NCBI GenBank assembly: GCA_016192685.1
Contig: JACPTS010000001.1
Location: forward strand, 529,099 to 593,098
DNA: 64,000 nucleotides
Reading direction: 5' to 3'
From: Candidatus Harrisonbacteria bacterium
Lineage (GTDB): Bacteria; Patescibacteriota; Minisyncoccia; UBA6257; 02-FULL-45-10c
Of this stretch, positions 57,469-64,000 are shown piece by piece (the stretch's first letter is position 1; every line of letters starts with the position of its first letter). The notes under the pieces are model-generated. The model was not told the origin of the DNA and ran no database searches. It saw only the letters and a list, made by a program, of their open reading frames with translations. A program made the position numbers and the translations under genes.

Positions 57469-59232
57469 ATGAAATCAGAAGAGATTCGTAAAAGGTTTTT
57501 AAAATTTTTTGAAGAGCGCGGGCATACGATTGTTTCGTCTTCCTCTTTAGTTCCCGATGACCCATCGGTGCTTTTGACTACGGCCGGAATGCAGCAGTTT
57601 AAGCCGTATTATGTCGGTAAAGCCGACCCAATGAGGGATTTCGGTTCTCGGAATACGGCTTCGGCGCAAAAATGTTTCCGGACTTCGGATATTGATGAAG
57701 TCGGCGATCAAACTCACCTGACTTTTTTTGAGATGCTCGGTAATTTTTCTTTCGGCGGTTATTTTAAAAAAGAAGCAATCCGTTGGGCGTATGAATTTAT
57801 AGTTAATGAATTAGGCGTGAGCCGTGACCGGCTCACGGTAACTATTTTTGCCGGTGACCCTTCGGCAGGCTCAGGGCAAGTTATTCCGGAAGATAAGGAA
57901 TCGTATAGTATCTGGCATAAAGAAATCGGCTTGCCGGAATCGCGGATTAAAAAGCATGGCCGGCAGGATAATTTTTGGGGGCCGACCGGCAATGAAGGCC
58001 CTTGCGGCCCGACTACGGAAATTTACGTTGACGGCGTGGAGATTTGGAATTTAGTGTTTAATGAGTATTATTGCAAAGCTGATAAAACTTTAGAAAAATT
58101 ACCTTCGCCAGGCGTAGATACTGGAATGGGATTGGAGCGTTTAGCCGTAATGCTTCAAGGCGCGGGTAATGTTTTTGAAACGGATTTATTTCACCCCCTC
58201 ATTTCTAAATTAAGAGAGGTCGCTCCGAAGTTGCCGTACGAAACGCAGCCAGATCAGCCAGAGCGTATTCTTCGGATTTTGGCAGACCATCTCCGCGCTT
58301 CTATTTTTTTGATTGCTGATGGCGTACGGCCGTCCAATAAAGAAGCTGGCTATATTTTGCGGCGGCTTCTGCGGAGGATTTTGGTTTATGGCATTCAATA
58401 TGATATTCACGCGGATTTATTTCCGATGGCGGTTGATTTTGTAAAATATAATTACGGCGATTGGTATCCGGAGATCAAAAATACCAAAGAAATTTTAACG
58501 GTAATGCTGGAAGAAAAAACTAAGTTTGAAAAAGCGCTGGCGCTTGGAGTGAAAGAAATTGAAAAATATGAATCAATTTCCGCCAAAGACGCCTTTTATA
58601 TTTATGAAACTTTTGGCTTGCCGTGGGAACTTTTAAAAGAATTAGTGCCGGCAAAAGTGAAAAATTTGGCTAAAGAAGCTTTTGAAGAAGAATTTAAAAA
58701 GCATCAGGAAATTTCCCGCGCCGGATTGGAGAAAAAATTCGGCGGGCACGGTTTGATTTTGGACACCGGCGAACTTAAAGCTTCCACGCCGGAAGAAGTA
58801 GAAATTGTCACCCGGCTCCATACCGCCACTCATCTTTTGCAGGCGGCGCTTCGGAAAGTGCTGGGGCCGGAAGTTAAACAAATGGGTTCGGATATTACGG
58901 CCGAGCGGACACGATTTGATTTTTCTTTCAATCGTAAACTTACCGATGAAGAAATAAAAAAGGTGGAAGATTTAGTCAATGAAGCCATTCAAAAAGATTT
59001 GCCGGTGTCCTATCAGGAATTGCCGATTGCGGAAGCGAAAAAAACCAAAGCTCTGTATTTTTTTAAAGAAAAATATCCGGAACAAGTAAAAGTGTATTCC
59101 ATGGGGGAATTCAGCAAAGAATTCTGCGGGGGGCCGCATGTTACTAATACTTTAAGAGTTGGAAAGTTTAAGATTGCAAAGCAGGAGGCTGTTGGTTCGG
59201 GAATCAGACGGATACGTGGGGTTGTGGAGTAG
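57469..59232 (+). CDS. alaS: Alanyl-tRNA synthetase (short, lacks C-Ala domain)
   Basis: Catalytic domain plus editing-domain motifs HTATHLL and CGGPHV. 587 aa. The stop abuts the partial repeat A. Confidence 0.85.
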   Translation: MKSEEIRKRFLKFFEERGHTIVSSSSLVPDDPSVLLTTAGMQQFKPYYVGKADPMRDFGSRNTASAQKCFRTSDIDEVGDQTHLTFFEMLGNFSFGGYFKKEAIRWAYEFIVNELGVSRDRLTVTIFAGDPSAGSGQVIPEDKESYSIWHKEIGLPESRIKKHGRQDNFWGPTGNEGPCGPTTEIYVDGVEIWNLVFNEYYCKADKTLEKLPSPGVDTGMGLERLAVMLQGAGNVFETDLFHPLISKLREVAPKLPYETQPDQPERILRILADHLRASIFLIADGVRPSNKEAGYILRRLLRRILVYGIQYDIHADLFPMAVDFVKYNYGDWYPEIKNTKEILTVMLEEKTKFEKALALGVKEIEKYESISAKDAFYIYETFGLPWELLKELVPAKVKNLAKEAFEEEFKKHQEISRAGLEKKFGGHGLILDTGELKASTPEEVEIVTRLHTATHLLQAALRKVLGPEVKQMGSDITAERTRFDFSFNRKLTDEEIKKVEDLVNEAIQKDLPVSYQELPIAEAKKTKALYFFKEKYPEQVKVYSMGEFSKEFCGGPHVTNTLRVGKFKIAKQEAVGSGIRRIRGVVE

Positions 59233-59262
59233 GGGCCGCCGCAGGAGCAAGCGGACGCCGGT
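59222..59262 (-). repeat. Partial family A repeat (half element)
   Basis: gcaggagcaagcggacgccggtgccggtaggca resembles the copy 2 arm. Confidence 0.5.
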
Positions 59263-59295
59263 GCCGGTAGGCAAATAAGCAAAACGCCTAGCGGC

Positions 59296-60516
59296 ATGTT
59301 ATACTTAAAAGTGTTGAGCTTCCAAAAAATAAGAGAGTTTATTATCCGTTTATTCACCAAAAGCGATTCTTATTTATTGGTTGAAATTTTGAATCATTAC
59401 GTTCAAATTACCCTTTTTAGAGTTTATCCGGACGAAAAACTGATTTTCATAAAAAAATCCTGGATTAAGGAAGTGCCGGATTTTACTGCCTATAATATTC
59501 TTCAGGCGTTCAGTTTCCTTTTAAAGAAAGCCGGCAATCCGAACAAATATAAAATAATTTTAAGTTTGGATTCGTTTTTTGCCACCACTATTTATTCATC
59601 GGTGGCTTTAGTGCGCCCCCGCCCCAAGGAAATCATTGATGAGGCGGATATGGATAATTTGATTTCTCAGGCAATCTGGAGATTTTTTGACCGGCAGCGC
59701 CTGAAAGCCGCCAAAAAAATGGGTATTGATGATGTGGATGTGATTTTAAGCGATGTCCGGATCCGTGGCATTAAATTAGACGGCCACAAAATTATTAATC
59801 CCATCGGCTTTAAGGCTAAGGCGGTAGAAATATTTTTTAGCCAAACTTTTTTACCTAGGGAATTGCTGCGGGGCATCCGCGATTTTTTGCCGAAAGGAAA
59901 TATCGCGCTTATCACCGAAACCGGAACCGCGATGAGCCATATCCTTTCCAAAGCTCTGGGCCAAGACCGATTTTTGGTAGCCAATCTTTTTCCGGACCAA
60001 ACCGCGATTTTTTCCGCGTCCGCCGGGCGGCTCAGCCATCTGGATGATTTTGAATGGGGAGAAAAAGATTTAATTCATTTGCTCGGGCGTCATTTACAGG
60101 TTGACCCGGCCGCCGCCCGGCTTTTAGTTAAAAATTACGCCGACCGCAACGCTTCCGAAGGATTTCTCCGCCGGTTTGAAAATATTCTCTTTAAAGAATT
60201 GCAGATTTTTGCCAATGGACTGGAATCTTTAGTTCCGGAAGATAACAATCAAGTTTATCTGAATCCCTTTTTTACCCTTCCGCCGGTAGTTTTTTCGGAT
60301 AGATTCCAGAACCGGCTGCAAAAAAATCTGACCTTGCTGCCGTTATCCACAAATTTAATTACCGAAAAGCTCGGTTATGAGGTACAATTTAAAAAATCAG
60401 CCTCCGTGAAAAATCTTTGGACCGTTTTAGCCGCCTTTCTGGAGATAAATTTCCTGCCGCAAAATGATAAAATGAGCCATTTGGCTAATAGAAGAGTGAG
60501 GTGGCTGGTAACTTAA
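59296..60516 (+). CDS. Hypothetical protein
   Basis: 406 aa, no recognised motifs. Confidence 0.35.
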   Translation: MLYLKVLSFQKIREFIIRLFTKSDSYLLVEILNHYVQITLFRVYPDEKLIFIKKSWIKEVPDFTAYNILQAFSFLLKKAGNPNKYKIILSLDSFFATTIYSSVALVRPRPKEIIDEADMDNLISQAIWRFFDRQRLKAAKKMGIDDVDVILSDVRIRGIKLDGHKIINPIGFKAKAVEIFFSQTFLPRELLRGIRDFLPKGNIALITETGTAMSHILSKALGQDRFLVANLFPDQTAIFSASAGRLSHLDDFEWGEKDLIHLLGRHLQVDPAAARLLVKNYADRNASEGFLRRFENILFKELQIFANGLESLVPEDNNQVYLNPFFTLPPVVFSDRFQNRLQKNLTLLPLSTNLITEKLGYEVQFKKSASVKNLWTVLAAFLEINFLPQNDKMSHLANRRVRWLVT

Positions 60517-60524
60517 TTTTTTAA

Positions 60525-62108
60525 ATGAAAAAAATTTCAGTTAACAAAAGCGATGAGATAGCGGTCATCGTGGAAAAAATCATTGAAGCTCCGGAACAGG
60601 AGATTGTTTTAGCCATTCCCAAATTTTCTCATCTCGGCGAATCGCTTAGTAATTTTAATCTCTTAAAGAGAGAGGCGGATGCTTTGGAGAAAAAAATCAT
60701 TATAGAATCGGTAGATGACCATATTGTGGAACTGGCGGAAATGAGCGGCCTTACCGCTATTAATCCTTTTTTTGCCAAAAACAAGAGGCAATTTTCCGAT
60801 ATTTTAGGGCCAAAAACCGCGATTTCCGGAAAAAAGAAACCGGCGGTAAGCGTATTTCGGTCGGAATCAGCCGGGAAAAATTTGGAAGAAGAATTTGCTT
60901 CTTTGGAAGAAAGTCTGTACCGCGGGCCATTCGGAAGCAAGCGTTGGAAATGGAGAATTAAATTTCCCAAAATAAAATTTTCGGAGTTTTTTTTGGCCTT
61001 CGGCAGCCTGGCAATTTTAGCTATTTTAGTTTTTGCCGGCATGAAAGTTTTACCTCGGGCAAAGGTAATCATTGCCGCCCAGACCCAGGAGTGGGTTTAC
61101 AATGATTCCGTGACTACCGATAAGTCCGCTTCTTTGGATATCGTAAAAATGGCCATTCCGAACCAGATTTTTTCTCAGAAAAAGAATGTCAGCCTTAGAT
61201 TTCCGGCCAGCGGCAAGCGCCAGGTAGAAAAAAGAGCTTCGGGTATTGTCTCTATTTATAATAGTTATAGCTCTGACCCTCAGCCGTTGGTGGTACAGAC
61301 GCGGTTCGCGACTCCAGACGGCAAGCTTTTCCGTTTGGCCAAAGGCATTACTGTTCCGGGCGCGAAAATCGTGGAAGGGAAAATTATCCCTTCCAGCATT
61401 GAGGCAGAGGTGGTGGCCGACAAGCCGGGGCCGGATTATAATATCGGTCCGGTAAAATTGCTTACCATACCGGGTTTTAAAGGCACTCCTAAATACCAGG
61501 CATTTTATGGAGAATTAACCGGCAATATGAGCGGCGGGTTTGTCGGCGAAGTGTCTTATCCAACCGAGGATGATATTAAAAAAGCCAAAGCCAGTATCCA
61601 AAATGATTTGGAATCCGGAATTCGGACCGCGCTTCTCACTCAAATTCCTAAAGAATTTAAAGTTTTAGACGGTTCTTCCAGATATAAAATTTTGGAGCAA
61701 ACTATTGATTCCGAAGCGGACGCGAGCGGCTCTTTTGGAATTTTCAGCGAGTCGCAGATGACCATTATTGCTTTTAAAGAAGAAAATTTGAAAGAATTAT
61801 TAGTCCGCCGGGCCAGAAAAGATAATGGCGAGGATTTTGAAATCAGAACTTCCGGTCTTGAGTATGGTTTGGCGCGGGCGGATTTTGACCGCGGCCTTCT
61901 TTCCTTCCCGGTGAATTTTAAGGCGGTACTGGCGAGGAAAATTGATGCTGAGGCCTTAAAAAAGGCCATTGCCGGAAAGTCTGAATTGGAGTTAAAAGCC
62001 GCGGTTTTCGGATTGCCGGGCCTTAAAAGCGCTACCATCTCACTTTGGCCATTTTGGGTTAAAAACGTTCCGACTAATCCGGAAAAGATAAAAATTTCAG
62101 TTGAATAA
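60525..62108 (+). CDS. Hypothetical protein with an internal TM helix
   Basis: 527 aa. TM segment FFLAFGSLAILAILVFAGM. Confidence 0.35.
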   Translation: MKKISVNKSDEIAVIVEKIIEAPEQEIVLAIPKFSHLGESLSNFNLLKREADALEKKIIIESVDDHIVELAEMSGLTAINPFFAKNKRQFSDILGPKTAISGKKKPAVSVFRSESAGKNLEEEFASLEESLYRGPFGSKRWKWRIKFPKIKFSEFFLAFGSLAILAILVFAGMKVLPRAKVIIAAQTQEWVYNDSVTTDKSASLDIVKMAIPNQIFSQKKNVSLRFPASGKRQVEKRASGIVSIYNSYSSDPQPLVVQTRFATPDGKLFRLAKGITVPGAKIVEGKIIPSSIEAEVVADKPGPDYNIGPVKLLTIPGFKGTPKYQAFYGELTGNMSGGFVGEVSYPTEDDIKKAKASIQNDLESGIRTALLTQIPKEFKVLDGSSRYKILEQTIDSEADASGSFGIFSESQMTIIAFKEENLKELLVRRARKDNGEDFEIRTSGLEYGLARADFDRGLLSFPVNFKAVLARKIDAEALKKAIAGKSELELKAAVFGLPGLKSATISLWPFWVKNVPTNPEKIKISVE

Positions 62109-62170
62109 AATAGTAAAATAAGGGGATTGACTCTTAACTGCTCTTTATGTTATACTCTTAATCATCTGTT

Positions 62171-62395
62171 GTGGTAAATAATTCACCGAAAGGAAATTTT
62201 AAAGTGGATGGAATTGTTGAAGAGGCCTTACCGGGCGCCTTTTTTCGTGTTAAGACAGCTGTGGGGGGAGAAATTCTGGCGCATCTTTCCGGTAAAATGC
62301 GGATGCATTATATTAAAATTCTTCCGGGCGATCGGGTAATCATAGAAATGACCCTATATGACGATAAGCGGGGAAGAATCGTAAGAAGGCTATAA
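62171..62395 (+). CDS. infA: Translation initiation factor IF-1
   Basis: GIVEEALPGAFFRVKTAVGGEILAHLSGKMRMHYIKILPGDRV. Confidence 0.85.
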   Translation: MVNNSPKGNFKVDGIVEEALPGAFFRVKTAVGGEILAHLSGKMRMHYIKILPGDRVIIEMTLYDDKRGRIVRRL

Positions 62396-62398
62396 AAT

Positions 62399-62512
62399 AT
62401 GAAAATTCGTTCATCGGTAAAAACTATTTGTAAAGATTGTAAGGTAGTTAGGAGAAGCAACCGAGTTTTTATTGTTTGTAAAATTAAGAAACATAAACAA
62501 CGCCAAGGATAA
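62399..62512 (+). CDS. rpmJ: 50S ribosomal protein L36
   Basis: Translation gives [37 protein letters not shown]. Not in the ORF track because it is under 60 aa. Confidence 0.8.
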   Translation: MKIRSSVKTICKDCKVVRRSNRVFIVCKIKKHKQRQG

Positions 62513-62523
62513 ACGACATCATT

Positions 62524-62907
62524 ATGAGAATCAGCGGAATCAACATACCGGACAATAAAAGAATAGAAATATCGCTTGCTTATTTGTATGGCATCGGGCC
62601 TGCTTTGGCTAGGAAAATTTTACAAGCGACTAAAGTTGACTTGGACAAACGCGCCAAAGATTTAACGCCGGAAGAAGTAAATAAAATTAAAAATTTCATA
62701 GAAAAAAATTACAAGATTGAAGGCGAACTTCGCCAGCTGTTGAAGCAAAATATCAATCTTCTGAAAGAATTGCAGGCCTACCGCGGGATAAGGCATTTAA
62801 GGCACTTGCCGGTAAGAGGGCAGCGAACCCGCACCAATTCCCGCACGGTTCGCGGCAATGTCAGAAAGACCGCCGGCAGCGGCAAGAGGAAAACAGAATT
62901 AAAATAA
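62524..62907 (+). CDS. rpsM: 30S ribosomal protein S13
   Basis: MRISGINIPDNKRIEISLAYLYGIG. Confidence 0.9.
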   Translation: MRISGINIPDNKRIEISLAYLYGIGPALARKILQATKVDLDKRAKDLTPEEVNKIKNFIEKNYKIEGELRQLLKQNINLLKELQAYRGIRHLRHLPVRGQRTRTNSRTVRGNVRKTAGSGKRKTELK

Positions 62908-62950
62908 GACTTATAAGTCTTATGGGTCTTATTGGACTTATATATAAAAA
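62904..62950. repeat. Palindromic repeats in the rpsM-rpsK intergenic region
   Basis: ataagacttataagtcttat is a perfect 20-bp palindrome, followed by gggtcttattggacttat. Confidence 0.55.
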
Positions 62951-62952
62951 CT

Positions 62953-63405
62953 ATGGGCAAGAAAAAAGTAATCCAACAAACTCAAGAGGAGGCATTAAAA
63001 GAAAAAGAAGTTTTAGAGCGGAGTTTGGCAAAAACTGCCGGCAAAGCTTCTGCCAAAAAATTGGGAATGGGCAATGTTTACATCGGCGCTTCTTATAATA
63101 ATACGATTGTTACGGTGACCGATGAAAAAGGCGATGTGGTTGCCTGGGCATCGGCTGGTTCGCTTGGATTTTCCGGTCCGAAAAAAGCCACGCCTTTCGC
63201 CGCTTCCAAAGTAGTTTCCGCCATTGCGGAAAAATTAAAAAAAACCGGTTTATTGAATGTAAATGTTTTTGTAAGCGGGGTGGGAAGCGGCCGGGATTCC
63301 GCCATCCGTTCTTTCGGCAATCAGGGATTTAATATATTATCAATCAAAGATATGACTCCGATCCCCCATAACGGGCCAAGGCCGAAAAAAGTTCGGAGAG
63401 TATAA
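62953..63405 (+). CDS. rpsK: 30S ribosomal protein S11
   Basis: C-terminus TPIPHNGPRPKKVRRV. Start set at the internal Met (MGKKKV). Confidence 0.85.
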   Translation: MGKKKVIQQTQEEALKEKEVLERSLAKTAGKASAKKLGMGNVYIGASYNNTIVTVTDEKGDVVAWASAGSLGFSGPKKATPFAASKVVSAIAEKLKKTGLLNVNVFVSGVGSGRDSAIRSFGNQGFNILSIKDMTPIPHNGPRPKKVRRV

Positions 63406-63409
63406 TAAA

Positions 63410-63445
63410 TAGGACCTATAAGACTTATAGGTCCAATAGGACTTA
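63410..63445. repeat. Palindromic repeats in the rpsK-rpsD intergenic region
   Basis: gacctataagacttataggtcc shares the taagacttata core with the 62904 element. Confidence 0.55.
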
Positions 63446-64000
63446 TGTTCAATACCAAAGAAAAAAAGGAACGGGCATTAGGGGTAAAACTTTTTTTGAA
63501 AGCGCATCGTTGTAATTCGCCAAAATGCGTAATGTTAAGGCGGCCGCACCGCCCCGGCCTTCACGGCAAAGCCAGGCATGTTTTATCGGAAGTCGGCCAA
63601 CAGCTTCAGGAGAAGCAAAAAATTAAAGTAAGTTATGGTTTAAGGGAATCTCAAATGGGGAAAATTTTTCGGAAGGCAGTTAAGAATCCCGGCGTCACCG
63701 GAGAGATGATAATTCAATTGTTGGAACGCCGTTTAGATAATGCCGTATTCAGGCTTGGCCTTGCCCCTTCCCGGTCAGTAGCGCGGCAATTAGTCAGTCA
63801 TGGCCATATTTTAGTGAATAGCCGAAAAGTCAGCATTCCGTCTTATTTGGTTAAAATCGGCGATCAAATCAGCGTCCGTCCCCAATCAAGAGAAAGCGGC
63901 TCTTTAAAAGGATTAAGCGAGTGGTTAAAAAATTATCAAGAGCCGGTTTGGCTGAAATTAGAAAAAGATAGCGGGGTTGGCAGGGTGGTAGCCTTGCCGA
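63446..64000 (+). CDS. rpsD: 30S ribosomal protein S4 (partial, runs off the window)
   Basis: Starts MFNTKEKKERALGVKLFLKAHRCNSPKC... and continues in frame to the window edge. Confidence 0.8.

Noticed and set aside
9711-59262. Whether the dispersed GC-rich repeats form a CRISPR array
   Set aside because: Copies are 130-150 bp, irregularly spaced over about 50 kb, in both orientations, and are internally palindromic with variable centres. They are not short regular direct repeats with unique spacers.

Overview
This is an AT-rich bacterial chromosomal window. Gene content suggests a small-genome, possibly CPR/Patescibacteria-like, organism, but that is inference only. Core housekeeping genes make up most of it: rplJ-rplL, the mraZ-rsmH-ftsL-ftsI-murF dcw block, rplU, recR, dnaB, cysS, hrcA-grpE-dnaK, dnaJ, secDF, efp, mnmA, comEC, aspS, ndk, dnaG-rpoD, alaS, and infA-rpmJ-rpsM-rpsK-rpsD. 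There are four tRNAs.

Three things stand out:
1. An approximately 8.7-kb integrative element sits next to tRNA-Val (about 1123-9890). It carries a large serine recombinase whose 3' end runs antisense through the tRNA. It also carries a catalytically degenerate paralog of the recombinase N-domain (Ser replaced by Cys), a RepA_N-like winged-helix (wHTH) gene, and a 3-gene cargo operon of unknown function.
2. A single ORF fuses a complete LexA-type SOS repressor (wHTH, Ala-Gly cleavage site, S24 Ser/Lys dyad) to a beta-class N4/N6 DNA methyltransferase. It lies convergent with a 274-aa gene that may be a PD-(D/E)xK nuclease, and it is followed by an AT-rich pair of small genes, one of them HEPN-like.
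3. Two families of GC-rich palindromic repeats (MITE/RPE-like) are scattered through the window. Family A has 6 copies and family B has 2. They flank hrcA, sit at the island boundary, and follow secF, efp/nucleotidyltransferase and alaS. One composite B+A copy is inserted in-frame into mnmA and adds about 100 aa.

Other features:
- Two CIRCE operators, one imperfect upstream of hrcA and one perfect upstream of a membrane-protein-dnaJ operon.
- A small accessory patch holding an ArsR-family regulator flanked by 26-bp palindromes, a TspO-like protein and a Phd/Doc toxin-antitoxin pair. This patch is bracketed by approximately 125-200-bp direct-repeat modules.
- A split ComEC.
- A T4SS-coupling-like P-loop ATPase cluster.
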